NCBI GenBank assembly: GCA_001768515.1
Contig: MEOA01000045.1
Location: 97,406 to 161,405 of the forward strand
DNA length: 64,000 bases
Direction: 5' to 3'
Source of the DNA: Bacteroidetes bacterium GWE2_42_24
GTDB lineage: Bacteria > Bacteroidota > Bacteroidia > Bacteroidales > TTA-H9
In this document: positions 21,422 to 35,443 of the stretch, piece after piece
Layout: every line of letters begins with the position of its first letter
How positions within the stretch are numbered: position 1 is the first letter of the stretch
The notes under the pieces: model-generated
What the model was told of the DNA's origin: nothing
What the model saw: the letters and a program-made list of their open reading frames with translations, nothing else
The model's database searches: none
Made by a program: the position numbers and the translations under genes

Positions 21422-22560
21422 GTGGTATTTATATCCATATCCCTTTCTGCACAACAAAGTGCAATTATTGTAATTTTTTCTCGGTGACCTCCTTGAGCCG
21501 TAAAGCCTCTTTTATAGAAGCCTTAGAGGCTGAGATCAGCTTGCAGAGTGATTTTTTTAAGCAGTTACCAGGACATACCACGGTTGATACTATTTACTTG
21601 GGTGGCGGGACCCCTTCGTTGCTTACGCCTGAAGATCTTCGCAGAATTTTTGTATCCCTCTCTGCAAATTTTTCATGGAGCCCTGATGTGGAGATTACCA
21701 TCGAGGCCAATCCTGATGATGTTACAACTGCGCTGCTTCGCGAGTGGCTTTTACTGGGGATAAATCGATTAAGTATTGGTATCCAGTCATTCAGAGCCGA
21801 TGTTCTCAGGTATTTAAGCCGAAGACATTCAGCCGAGAAGTCATTAACTGTGGTGGAGATGGCTCTCAATTCCGGATTTAAGAACCTGAGCGGGGATCTT
21901 ATCTATGGCGTTCCCGGGTTGCGAGATGATGAGTGGCTGGTCGATGTCGAAAGGCTTTCAACCAGCGGGGTTACCCATATCAGTGCCTATGCACTGACTG
22001 TTGAACCAAAGACGTCTCTCGATTTCCAGATACGGAAGGGGAGGGTTGGTGCTCCCGATGAGGACGCGGCCTTCAGACAATATTACCTGCTTAGAGAGAG
22101 ACTGCGCAATCGGGGTTTTGATCAGTACGAGATCAGTAACTTTTCTTTCAAAGGTTACCAATCGCGCCATAACAGTGGCTATTGGAGTGGTGAGCCATAC
22201 CTTGGGCTTGGTCCTTCGGCTCACTCTTACAATGGTAATATGAGACGTTGGAATCCATCGTTACTTCAGGCATGGATTGATTCCTCTCTTTCAGGAATTC
22301 CAGCCCACGAAGAAGAATTTATTTCAATGGAAAAGAGATACAATGAGATGGTAATGACCAAATTGCGTACTTCGGTAGGGCTAAATATGCTGGAAGTCGA
22401 AAAATCGCTCGGGCTGTCATGGCGGAATTATCTCGAAAAAGTATGTCAAATACCTGTTAAACTGGGTGATGTGGTCATATTGGGTGAAACATTGTTTATT
22501 CCTTCTGAGAAATTGTTTTTATCAGACGCCATCATTTCCGATTTGATGTATGTTGACTAG
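21418..22560 (+). CDS. hemW: Radical SAM heme chaperone HemW (HemN-like)
   Basis: GIYIHIPFCTTKCNYCNF, GGGTPS, YEISNF, HNSGYW, YLGLGPSAHS; ATGA overlap with the kinase. Confidence 0.92.
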   Translation: MSGIYIHIPFCTTKCNYCNFFSVTSLSRKASFIEALEAEISLQSDFFKQLPGHTTVDTIYLGGGTPSLLTPEDLRRIFVSLSANFSWSPDVEITIEANPDDVTTALLREWLLLGINRLSIGIQSFRADVLRYLSRRHSAEKSLTVVEMALNSGFKNLSGDLIYGVPGLRDDEWLVDVERLSTSGVTHISAYALTVEPKTSLDFQIRKGRVGAPDEDAAFRQYYLLRERLRNRGFDQYEISNFSFKGYQSRHNSGYWSGEPYLGLGPSAHSYNGNMRRWNPSLLQAWIDSSLSGIPAHEEEFISMEKRYNEMVMTKLRTSVGLNMLEVEKSLGLSWRNYLEKVCQIPVKLGDVVILGETLFIPSEKLFLSDAIISDLMYVD

Positions 22561-22691
22561 CAATTGATTGAACGAAGTAGATGTTTTTCCACTTTTTAAT
22601 CTCTTTTTTTTGTTTTTTTGCATTGAATAATATGACCTTTAAACGGTCAGTATTTTTTTGTATTTTTATATCTGAATCAAATTAAAATTGG

Positions 22692-23597
22692 ATGCACGTT
22701 TACAGATTTAGACTCTTATGCGATGGGGTTGATGACTTCGTTAGGGAAATTGAGGTAGGAAGTCAGCAGACCTTTCTGAACTTTCTGTATGCCCTTTATG
22801 ACTGCACCACTTTGGAACGCTCTGGTGAGGTTTCATTCTATATCTCGAATATCCGCTGGCTCAAACTGAAAGAGATTGGCTTAAATGAAAGACCAGCACA
22901 AAAACGATACTTCGAGGACGATGAAGAATTGCGCGCTGATGAACGTCGTCGAAAACTTCCCTTTATCCTGATGACCGATGCTTTCTTGAGTGACTATATT
23001 GAAGATCCGCACCAACGGCTTATTCTTGAACATCCGGGGGGTGAAGTGCGTTTGTTTTATATTGAGTTGCTTAAGATCAGCAAATCGGCCGATGGAGTAA
23101 TCTATCCGCGTTGCGTTGTAAGAAAGGGTGAACTGCCTGTTAAAGTTCAATATATCGCGCCGGTGATGCCCATGAAGCCGATTGAAAAGAAAGTGACCAA
23201 TTTGCTCGAAGAGCTGGCCCGGGTTCAGGTTCCTCTGATTTCAGACGATGAAGAGGAACCGGTGGAGGAAGATCTCGATGATGAGGACGATGCCTCAGGT
23301 CTTGCTGATGAGGCTGACGAAGATATTGATGAAGAGATCATTGGAAAGGATATAGAGGACATGCTTGAAGATGATACTTTCAGTAAAATACTCGCCGGGG
23401 AAACACCTGAGCCAAAAGTCAGGAAGAGTGGAGGTGGCCGTAAACCACGCACACATCGGGATGATGATGATGATATGCTGGGTAATATTGATGATGAAGA
23501 AGAAAGTTATGGCAAAGAAACCTACGGCAATGATGATGAAGATTTTGGAAATGGATTCGAAATATCAGGCGGTAATAACGACGATGATTATTATTAA
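22692..23597 (+). CDS. pRiA4b ORF3/TnpR-like domain protein with long acidic tail
   Basis: N-terminal YRFRLL..DDFVREIEV..TFL.F...L and ELLKI..YPRCV..KGELP; C-terminal third is extremely D/E-rich. Confidence 0.7.
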   Translation: MHVYRFRLLCDGVDDFVREIEVGSQQTFLNFLYALYDCTTLERSGEVSFYISNIRWLKLKEIGLNERPAQKRYFEDDEELRADERRRKLPFILMTDAFLSDYIEDPHQRLILEHPGGEVRLFYIELLKISKSADGVIYPRCVVRKGELPVKVQYIAPVMPMKPIEKKVTNLLEELARVQVPLISDDEEEPVEEDLDDEDDASGLADEADEDIDEEIIGKDIEDMLEDDTFSKILAGETPEPKVRKSGGGRKPRTHRDDDDDMLGNIDDEEESYGKETYGNDDEDFGNGFEISGGNNDDDYY

Positions 23598-23618
23598 GAT
23601 GTGTGCTTATAAACATAT

Positions 23619-23648
23619 AACCCGGAAGGTTTCTTCCGGGTTTTTTTC
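23619..23648 (+). terminator. Intrinsic terminator
   Basis: AACCCGGAAG-gttt-CTTCCGGGTT plus a T run. Confidence 0.75.
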
Positions 23649-23659
23649 TGACTGAAGGG

Positions 23660-24589
23660 ATGAGCGAAGCCAAAACTAAACCACTGTTATTGGTCATCTG
23701 TGGCCCGACGGCCAGCGGCAAGACTGCTCTTGCTGTGAGGCTGGCCAAGCATTTTAAAACTATTGTTATTTCAGCCGATTCACGTCAGTTTTATCAGGAA
23801 ATGAATATTGGGACGGCAGTACCCTCCATAGCTGAACAAGAAGGTGTACCACATTATTTTCTGAAACAGATATCAGTTAACCAGCCATACAATGCTTCAA
23901 CATATGCAGCCGATGTTCTGGCCTTTACTAACTCTTTTTTCAAGGAGCATCCGCTGGCGGTTATGGTTGGAGGTTCGGGATTATACATCTCTGCTGTTTG
24001 TGAGGGAATGGATGAACTACCTGATCCTGATCCGGAAATCAGGCTTTCCATTCTTAAACGCTTTGAAGCCGGAGGAATCACAGTGCTCCGGAAATGGCTT
24101 GAAGAACTTGATCCTGAATTCTGTAAAGTGGTTGATATGGCCAATCCAAAACGGTTGCAGAGAGCTCTGGAAGTTTGCCTGATTACCGGGCACCCGTATT
24201 CTTCCTTAAGAACGGCCAAAGCAAATCCTCGTGAGTTTAATGTGCTGAAAATTGGTATCGAATTGCCTCGGACGGAACTTTTTTCCAGAATTGAACAGCG
24301 CACCGATGCTATGCTGGCTAACGGACTTATAGATGAAGTCCGTTCTTTGATCCCCTTCCGCCACCTGAATGCCCTTCAGACTGTAGGTTACCGTGAGTTG
24401 TTTCGCTATTTTGATGGTGATATCTCCCTTGAACAAGCCATCACCGACATCAAAACCAATACGCGACGTTATGCCAAACGGCAGATTACATGGTTCCAAC
24501 GCGACACCTCAATACGGTGGCTTAAACCTGAGCAGTTTGGCGTCATTGGTCAAATGGTTTCTGATGCTATGGCAGCTATTAACTTTTAG
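23660..24589 (+). CDS. miaA: tRNA dimethylallyltransferase
   Basis: GPTASGKT, SADSRQ, VGGSGLY, TRRYAKRQITWF. Confidence 0.96.
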   Translation: MSEAKTKPLLLVICGPTASGKTALAVRLAKHFKTIVISADSRQFYQEMNIGTAVPSIAEQEGVPHYFLKQISVNQPYNASTYAADVLAFTNSFFKEHPLAVMVGGSGLYISAVCEGMDELPDPDPEIRLSILKRFEAGGITVLRKWLEELDPEFCKVVDMANPKRLQRALEVCLITGHPYSSLRTAKANPREFNVLKIGIELPRTELFSRIEQRTDAMLANGLIDEVRSLIPFRHLNALQTVGYRELFRYFDGDISLEQAITDIKTNTRRYAKRQITWFQRDTSIRWLKPEQFGVIGQMVSDAMAAINF

Positions 24590-24646
24590 CTTATTTCTGT
24601 CTTGTAACCGAACTCTCCGTATTTTTGCAACCCAATTCTTTGGTTA

Positions 24647-26521
24647 ATGAAAACTTCTCTGGCGAAAGCTTTTACAATACTGATAAGGCATTTTCTTTGG
24701 TTTATGTTGCTATTTGCATTGGCTCGTCTGGTCTTCATGGTTGTTTATTCCGGCATGATCATCAATTCGGGTGCAAGCCTTACAGAGGTTCTGGCGGCCT
24801 TCATCTATGCCCTGCACCTTGATGCGGCTACTGCATGTTACCTGATTACTATTCCCTTTCTGTCCCTGATGGTTTGGATGCTGACAAGAGGAAATTGGAT
24901 TCGACATTTCTTACTCTGGTATTCCTGTCTCACCACTATGCTTATCTCCCTGATGCTGGGCGGCGAATTGGGTCTGTACAGTGAGTGGAAAACGAAACTC
25001 AACTACAAGGCTCTTATGTATCTTCGTCATCCATCTGAGGTCTTTAATTCGATCAGCACCTGGCAGTTGATTCTCTGGTTCATGGTCGTTGGACTTTTTA
25101 TATTTCTGATGGTACTGGTTTACCGAAAGTGGTTTGCCGTTCGCACTTCTGGAGCTGTAGGTCGTTGGTGGCATTTGCCGGTTTTCATTATTTTGGTAGT
25201 TCCTTGTGTCGGGCTTGGAATACGTGGTGGAATCCAGGAAATTCCTATTAACCAGAGCGCATCTTTTTATTCCACTCATGGCGTGCTGAATGCAGCTTCT
25301 GTGAATACTACATTTAACCTCTATATCAGCATTTTTGAAAACAGGGCTTTTCTTGACAAGAATCCTTACGAGATCATGCCACGCGAAACCGCAGAGGCAA
25401 CAGTTAAGAAAATTCTTACGCCAGTATGCGATTCCACTCAGTCAATTCTTACCACCAGGCGCCCCAATGTCGTTATCATCATTCTTGAAAGCTGGTCAGC
25501 TGATCTGATTCAGTCTTTGGGCGGCGAGCCGGGCATTACTCCTGAATTTGCAAAGCTTGAAAAGAAGGGTGTTCTGTTTGGTCAGACTTATGCCGGTGGC
25601 TCACGTTCTGAGCAGGGAATGGCTGCTCTGTTCAGTGGTTTTCCTCCGCATCCTTTTACCTCAATTACTGTTCAACCCGACAAGTATTCACGATTGGCCT
25701 CCCTGCCGGCTTTGATGAATAAAGCCAACTATGCAACTTCTTACTACTTTGGCGGTCAATTGATCTATGGTAATATCAAGAGCTACATTATGTTTACGGG
25801 ATTTCACAGGATTGTGGAAATGGATGGTTTCGATGCATCCATCCCGCGTGGTAAACTGGGTGTCCATGACCAATATACCCTAGATCGATTGCTCACCGAT
25901 CTCGACAAAGAAAAGCAACCTTTCTTCAGTTCTCTGTTTACTTTGAGTACCCATTCGCCTTACGATCAGCCAATGGAAGAGAAACTGACCTGGGGAGATA
26001 ACGAACGGCATTATATCAATTCGGCATACTATACCGACTGGTGTCTTGGTCGCTTCTTTGCTGAAGCCTCAACGAAGTCCTGGTACCCGAACACGCTTTT
26101 CATCCTGGTAGCCGACCATAGTCACAACTCATACCGTAACTGGGATCCCAAGACATTTGAATACCATCATATTCCAATGCTCTGGCTTGGCGATGTCATT
26201 AAACCTGAATGGCGCGGCCAGCGGTACGATAAACTCGTAAGCCAGACAGACATAGCAACCACTCTTGTTAATCAACTACAGTTGCCCGATACAGCCTTTT
26301 TCTGGAGCCGTAACGTGTTAAATAAATGCTATGATGATTTCACCTACCATGTGATGGACGATGGTGTATTGGGCTGGAAACGCCCTGATGGCTATTTTAT
26401 CGAAGAGATGTCCTTTCGGAAAACCTTTGCCCAAAACCTGCCACCCCAACGCGCTGATAGCATCCGTAAAGAAGGTTATGCCTTCCTTCAGGTACTGTTT
26501 CAGCAGTACCTCGATTTCTAG
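24647..26521 (+). CDS. LTA synthase family / sulfatase-fold membrane phosphotransferase
   Basis: Five N-terminal TM segments; PNVVIIILES, STHSPY, ADH metal ligands. Confidence 0.88.
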   Translation: MKTSLAKAFTILIRHFLWFMLLFALARLVFMVVYSGMIINSGASLTEVLAAFIYALHLDAATACYLITIPFLSLMVWMLTRGNWIRHFLLWYSCLTTMLISLMLGGELGLYSEWKTKLNYKALMYLRHPSEVFNSISTWQLILWFMVVGLFIFLMVLVYRKWFAVRTSGAVGRWWHLPVFIILVVPCVGLGIRGGIQEIPINQSASFYSTHGVLNAASVNTTFNLYISIFENRAFLDKNPYEIMPRETAEATVKKILTPVCDSTQSILTTRRPNVVIIILESWSADLIQSLGGEPGITPEFAKLEKKGVLFGQTYAGGSRSEQGMAALFSGFPPHPFTSITVQPDKYSRLASLPALMNKANYATSYYFGGQLIYGNIKSYIMFTGFHRIVEMDGFDASIPRGKLGVHDQYTLDRLLTDLDKEKQPFFSSLFTLSTHSPYDQPMEEKLTWGDNERHYINSAYYTDWCLGRFFAEASTKSWYPNTLFILVADHSHNSYRNWDPKTFEYHHIPMLWLGDVIKPEWRGQRYDKLVSQTDIATTLVNQLQLPDTAFFWSRNVLNKCYDDFTYHVMDDGVLGWKRPDGYFIEEMSFRKTFAQNLPPQRADSIRKEGYAFLQVLFQQYLDF

Positions 26522-26881
26522 TATATCTGGCTTCCTGTTTCTGCCTTCATAAATTGCGTCGTGTGAAATAGTAATGTTGGCTTACTAAATTGGACGCCGG
26601 AACATTTTCTCTATTGAAAATCAAACCAGAGAGGAGCTATATCCTGCGTTGCTACTTTATAATTCGAAGAAGGTCCGAAGCATATATAAAAAATGGCAGC
26701 AAAAGAAAAGGGTTGGATTTTGTTAATTTATAAGCCATCCAGCAATTGTTGCGAGCGGGAGTTTTCTTGCCCAACCGATGATCCATGGGGTTGGGTTCCA
26801 ATAAAAGTCGTTGTAATGCTAAAATAAAAGCCTTGTTGATTATCAGTGATTTTAATCGTTTTGGGTGTCGGGAACTATTAG

Positions 26882-28015
26882 TTAGATAGTCTTGACTTTG
26901 AAACCGAGCTTTTTTAAAATTGCACGTTGGGTTGAATTGGAGTCGCGTAAGCGCAGGAGATAGGCAGGCCATTCGCGTCGTACCGGGTAATTGCTTCGGA
27001 AGGTCTCAAATTCGGAAGGGTCATGCCGAAGCAGAAAGTCATCGCGGCTGATGTCGTAGCTCTGAAGGAAGGCATTAAAATAGACTTCATTATCGCTTAG
27101 TTCATCGCAGTCGATATAACGTAGAGGTACTTCCGGTTCGGGAAGGTGTTTGGGATACCATTTTGAGGTCTTTTGCTGATTGAGATGATCGCGCAGGGCA
27201 TTAACCACGAACGCGGTACCATTGGCTTTACCATCGGTTGAATAACCGGCGATATGAGGAGTGGCAATAGTGGCCAGTTGCATCAACTGCAGGTCGGGTT
27301 CAGGCTCATCTTCCCACACATCTATTACGCTCAGGATATTTGGATGATGTGTCAGCCAGTTTTTCAGGGCTGCTGAGTCGGCTATTTCACCACGCGAAGT
27401 ATTGATAATTAATTGAACATTCTGAAAAGAATCCAGTAACTTCTGGTCTATCATGTGAAATGTCGAATGTTCGCCCTCATGTGTAAGGGGGGTGTGAAAG
27501 GTTACAATGTCAGCGCTGGCAGTGATCTCTTCGAGGCTGACAAACTTCTCATCGTCACCGGCAGCCTCACGAGGAGGATCGCAAAGCAGAACTTCCATCC
27601 CAAGTTTCCGTCCGAGGGCGGCGACTCTGCTTCCAACATTTCCAACGCCAACCACTCCCAGTGTGAGTCCATCAGGGTCGAAGCCAGTATGCTGATGAAG
27701 CCATGCAAGGGCTGAGGCAACGTATTGGAGCACCGAGTTGGCATTGCAACCTGGGGCGTTGGTCCATTTTATTCCGTGCTCCTCACACCAATGGGTATCG
27801 ATGTGGTCGAAACCAATGGTAGCAGATCCAATAAATTTTACGGGGCTATTCTTTAGTAGATTTTCGTCGCAACGGGTACGGGTTCTTACCAGGAGCGCAT
27901 CAGCTCCTGCGACCGCCGGAGGTTCTATGTCTTTCGCATCCATAAAAGTGATTTCGCCGAACGATTCGGCTTCACCGCTTAAAAATGGAATTTTACTATC
28001 AGCAACTATTTTCAT
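26882..28015 (-). CDS. pdxB: 4-phosphoerythronate dehydrogenase
   Basis: MKIVAD..IPF, ATIGFDHID, NAPGCNA, GVGNVG, TPHIAGYS.DGK, YPVRRE. Confidence 0.93.
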   Translation of the reverse strand: MKIVADSKIPFLSGEAESFGEITFMDAKDIEPPAVAGADALLVRTRTRCDENLLKNSPVKFIGSATIGFDHIDTHWCEEHGIKWTNAPGCNANSVLQYVASALAWLHQHTGFDPDGLTLGVVGVGNVGSRVAALGRKLGMEVLLCDPPREAAGDDEKFVSLEEITASADIVTFHTPLTHEGEHSTFHMIDQKLLDSFQNVQLIINTSRGEIADSAALKNWLTHHPNILSVIDVWEDEPEPDLQLMQLATIATPHIAGYSTDGKANGTAFVVNALRDHLNQQKTSKWYPKHLPEPEVPLRYIDCDELSDNEVYFNAFLQSYDISRDDFLLRHDPSEFETFRSNYPVRREWPAYLLRLRDSNSTQRAILKKLGFKVKTI

Positions 28016-28146
28016 GGTGATGATTTGAACGGCAAATTTCATCATTTTTTTATCAGTAACCCATATTTTGGCGAAAAAAATGGACTACCTTTGCCCGATT
28101 TTTGGAAAGTAGGTTTCCGGAAAAAAAGCAAACTAGATATAAATAG

Positions 28147-28335
28147 TTGAAATACAATCACAAAGAGTTGGTTCCGCGGGATAAATCTTTTAGCCGATCA
28201 GAGTTGGAAATGAAGGGATTTTTTTTTGCAGGCGAAGATATTCCCGGGTTATTTGTTTTTGAAATAGAGGGGGTACAACTGTATTTCCGTAAAACTGGTA
28301 CTGATCTTTATCAAATATTTTCACTTTCCTCATAG
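28147..28335 (+). CDS. Small hypothetical protein (62 aa)
   Basis: TTG start after an A-rich leader; TACCTTTG -7 box at about 28086; protein-like composition. Confidence 0.45.
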   Translation: MKYNHKELVPRDKSFSRSELEMKGFFFAGEDIPGLFVFEIEGVQLYFRKTGTDLYQIFSLSS

Positions 28336-28822
28336 ACTTAAAGCCGTTGACCTATCTGGTCTGCCCGACCGGGCAGGTATAATAAAACATCTTCTGTTGT
28401 TCTGTACCTGTTGTTATTTTGGAAGGTTTGCTGCAATGAGCAGGTGTTTGAACTAAACTGTTACCATTTTATTTTAATTGGTTGGTTTTTATGAGAGTAG
28501 TGTAGCATTCAAAAGACCATGAATTATTTATCTTGATTCTTTTATCATTATCTGTGGCCCGAAGATTGCAATTAAACTCTCTGTTAAGATAATTTACTAT
28601 TTGATAGACAGATTTCTGCTCCTGTGTTTAAACAGTTTCCGGCAGAATGGGAATAATGAAGTCAGTCGCCCTGTCAGTCAATGCTATAGGCAAAATGTTG
28701 ACTGGTGATGAAACTTTTTCTTTAGTTCTTATTTGGACAGCCAATCGGCATCATAGCTTACTTCACCATCGGATTTCTGAAACAGGTACACGCTATCCTT
28801 GTTTTCCAAATACTAAACAGTT

Positions 28823-29110
28823 TTCTAAATTTCAGACATGCTTTTGCGTGTTATTTCTCCCCTCTCAAAAAATAAATCAACTTTTTTTCAACTTTTTTTG
28901 TAACTCGCTGTCACAGAACTAATTTTTTTAATATATTGATTATGTGTTATTTAGGGGTCAAAAATACACCCGAGAGGGGTCAGAGATAGACCAAAGTCGG
29001 GTCAAAGATAGGTTTTTCTTATGTATCGCCTATGGTTGTAGTAACGTTCGAGTATCTTATATATGATATAAATCTAACTATGTGTAATTTTTGGCACAGT
29101 TTTAGTGGCA
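28823..29110 (+). repeat. Dispersed non-coding module, copy 2 (5' part more diverged)
   Basis: Same palindrome, 11-mer triplet, core and TGGCAC box as copy 1, at a constant offset of 24566. Confidence 0.92.
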
Positions 29111-29601
29111 ACAATTTTTCTGCAGGGTTTGGGTATAGAATATTCAAGCGAAAACCCCTGCAAATTATCCAGAGCCCCATCAGTTTTTTTTAAACCGGGC
29201 ATGGTATGCTCTCTATTTACACAACCCCCGAAGTGACTCCATGTGATCTCCATAATGACCGCAAGGGAAGAATGTAAACATCCATTCTTAAGACATACAC
29301 TAACCCTGGCATAAGCAAGACCAAATGAGGTTGTTATGATATAGTTACAGACTTGTGAAGAGAAACATCCTGAAGAACTTCAAAGAATCATGCTCAAATT
29401 TTCATTATGAGAAAATTCCATAGCTACATCCTTCTCCCAGATTTCGGCAAAATCGTATAATTGTGAGCAATTATGTGGTTTATTAGATATTATATTGTTG
29501 ATATACACAATATTGAAAATGTGATCCGTATATATTTTGGAGTTTGATCGGAAGTCGAATTGTGAAATTCGCAGAGGGTTTTTTTGATAAAAAGCAAATA
29601 A

Positions 29602-29627
29602 AAACACCGGCAAATTTGACCGGTGTT
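29602..29627 (-). terminator. Terminator downstream of tRNA-Gly
   Basis: AACACCGG-caaatttga-CCGGTGTT with an A-run on the left. Confidence 0.65.
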
Positions 29628-29638
29628 AATTGGAATTG

Positions 29639-29711
29639 AGCGGGAAACGGGATTCGAACCCGCGACCTAAAGCTTGGGAAGCTTTCGCTCTGCCAACTGA
29701 GCTATTCCCGC
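29639..29711 (-). tRNA. tRNA-Gly (CCC)
   Basis: Reverse complement GCGGGAATAGCTCAGTTGGCAGAGCGAAAGCTTCCCAAGCTTTAGGTCGCGGGTTCGAATCCCGTTTCCCGCT; anticodon CCC. Confidence 0.97.
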
Positions 29712-29820
29712 GAGATTGCTGAGATGCAAAGATACTTTTTTTTCTTTTTCCATACCAAAAAATGGTGGGCTTGCTTTTTCTTCCTACTTTTACCCTGAAT
29801 TACCCAAATCACTTTGATAG

Positions 29821-30405
29821 ATGGATTTTGAACGCGCAAGCGCCTATATACTCGACAAGCTGAGACATGGTCTTCCGACCAATTTGTTCTATCACAACCT
29901 GGAGCATGTGATGGATGTCTATAAAGCAGTAATCAGGATTGGTGCTGCTGAAAAGCTTGACCACTCAACACTTATTGCTTTGAAAACGGCAGCACTCATG
30001 CACGATTCAGGTATGCTTAAGACATACCGGGGACATGAAGAGGCTGCCTGTTCACTGGTTCATTTATGGCTTCCGCAGTTTGAATACAGTGAGGAGGAAA
30101 TGAAATATATCTGCCGGATGATTCTGACGACACAGTTGCCTCAAACCGCCAATGAAATCGGAGAGCGTATTTTGTGTGATGCTGATCTCGACTATCTGGG
30201 TCGCGATGATTTTTTTATGATTGCCCACAGGCTTCGTTTTGAATGGAATAATATGGGATTGAATGTGACTTCGTTGAAGGACTGGTACCTGCTTCAGATC
30301 AAATTTCTTGAAGACCATCGTTATTACACTTCCTCAAATCAACAATTGCGTGAACCGGGTAAGCAAAAAAATCTGGAGCTCGTTAAAGAATTGTTCCAGA
30401 ATTAA
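29821..30405 (+). CDS. HD-domain metal-dependent phosphohydrolase
   Basis: YHN..H, AALMHDSG, GHEE, CDADLDYLG. Confidence 0.88.
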   Translation: MDFERASAYILDKLRHGLPTNLFYHNLEHVMDVYKAVIRIGAAEKLDHSTLIALKTAALMHDSGMLKTYRGHEEAACSLVHLWLPQFEYSEEEMKYICRMILTTQLPQTANEIGERILCDADLDYLGRDDFFMIAHRLRFEWNNMGLNVTSLKDWYLLQIKFLEDHRYYTSSNQQLREPGKQKNLELVKELFQN

Positions 30406-30467
30406 TTGAAAACCATAAGTTTTAAGTTTACGATATCTTTACACGAAAAATATTTTAATAATCTACT

Positions 30468-31331
30468 ATGGAAACTAATGCAGTATCAGCTTACAAGAAC
30501 TTAATTGTTGTACCGACCGATTTTTCAGAAGTATGCGCCAATGCAGCTGCTCATGCTGCAGGCATCGCCCGGAAACTTAATTTTTCGATTTGTTTGGTGC
30601 ACATTACTGATAAAGATACCCGTAGTTGGTTAAAGAGTAACGGTTTGGAAGAGAGCGTACTGGAGCATAAACTATCGTCACTTGCTGATCAACTGGTTAA
30701 GGATTATCAGATTACAGTAACAACTCATGTCAGGGAGGGTGATATCTTTACATCGCTAAGTCAGGTATTATCAGAAATGGGCGCCAACATGATGGTGATG
30801 GCCACTCATGGTAAAAACGGTTTTCAACGTCTTATGGGCAGCAATGCTTTACGGGTGGTTACCGATTCGCCTGTTCCTGTTTTAGTCGTCCAAAAGCGTC
30901 GTTTCAATGAGGGTTACCAGCGTATTGTATTCCCGATTTCCAACGATATGGAGGTACGGCAGATGGTACGTCTCGCCATTAGCCTGCAAAAACGTTTTGG
31001 TGCTACATTGCTTTTAATTCAGGATTATGAGGATGAGCCACGTTTTAAAGCCCAGCTTGAAATCAAGACTCAACAGATACTCGAAGAACTGCGTCGGTAT
31101 GATGTTCAATATAGATTGTCGCGCTCGGAGGAAGGTGATTTTGCAGCCAATGTTATCAGTTTTGCAGCAGTCGAAAATGCCGACCTGATTTTAGTAATGA
31201 GCCTTGCAGATGGCGAGACACCCGGATTCTTCTTCAATACATGGTCAGAGAAAATTATGTTTAATACGGCACAGGTCCCGGTGCTCTGCCTTAATCCGGT
31301 CGATTACGGAACAATTTATTACGAATTGTAA
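30468..31331 (+). CDS. Universal stress protein (tandem USP)
   Basis: IVVPTDFS, VMATHG...MGSNALRVV.DSPVPVLVV, then a second USP domain. Confidence 0.9.
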   Translation: METNAVSAYKNLIVVPTDFSEVCANAAAHAAGIARKLNFSICLVHITDKDTRSWLKSNGLEESVLEHKLSSLADQLVKDYQITVTTHVREGDIFTSLSQVLSEMGANMMVMATHGKNGFQRLMGSNALRVVTDSPVPVLVVQKRRFNEGYQRIVFPISNDMEVRQMVRLAISLQKRFGATLLLIQDYEDEPRFKAQLEIKTQQILEELRRYDVQYRLSRSEEGDFAANVISFAAVENADLILVMSLADGETPGFFFNTWSEKIMFNTAQVPVLCLNPVDYGTIYYEL

Positions 31332-31354
31332 TCATCAATCCTATCTTGGTGCTG

Positions 31355-34932
<3,578 letters not shown>

Positions 34933-34963
34933 AGGTTTTCAGTGGGAAAAGGTTACGCTTTGG

Positions 34964-35443
34964 TTAGGCTTCCGGCGGATCAACTGAAGCAAGCTTGACC
35001 TGTTTCTGAACTTTAATAGCATTGAGCCCCTTAAAACCTCTTTCAATTTCAAAGGTTACCTTGTCGCCTTCACTGACATCCTCAAGCAAGCCATTGACAT
35101 GGAAGAAAAAACGCTCCTGAGTGTCTTGTTCCCTGATAAAGCCGAATCCTTTTGATGTATTGAAAAAGTCGATTTTCCCTTTTCTGACTGTTTCAACTAC
35201 CTCATCTTCACGACGTGGTACACTGATTTCGATGTTTTCGACGTTTATCTTTTCTTTTTTAGAGGGATCGGGTGGTGTGTCGGTGATATTCCCAAATTCA
35301 TCAACCCAGGCAATCATGCTGTCAAAATCTCCGCCGGGAGCATTCTGTCGCCGTTCTTCTTTCTTTTGCTCTTTTTCAAGGCGTTTTTTGACTCTGTTTT
35401 TTTCTTTTTCCCGTTTGTTAAAAGACTCCTGCGATCGTGCCAT
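34964..35443 (-). CDS. Cold-shock domain protein with basic N-terminal extension
   Basis: FFNTSKGFGFI and FFHVN RNP motifs; K/E/R-rich N-terminus. Confidence 0.9.
   Translation of the reverse strand: MARSQESFNKREKEKNRVKKRLEKEQKKEERRQNAPGGDFDSMIAWVDEFGNITDTPPDPSKKEKINVENIEISVPRREDEVVETVRKGKIDFFNTSKGFGFIREQDTQERFFFHVNGLLEDVSEGDKVTFEIERGFKGLNAIKVQKQVKLASVDPPEA

Noticed and set aside
28647-28922. 91-aa ORF overlapping module copy 2 (also 58368-58556 in copy 3)
   Set aside because: Frames are not preserved between copies; low-complexity translation of T-rich DNA.
28929-28941. IHF consensus AATCAA-N4-TTA (minus strand) in copy 2
   Set aside because: Only partially matched in copies 1 and 3, and common by chance in AT-rich DNA.
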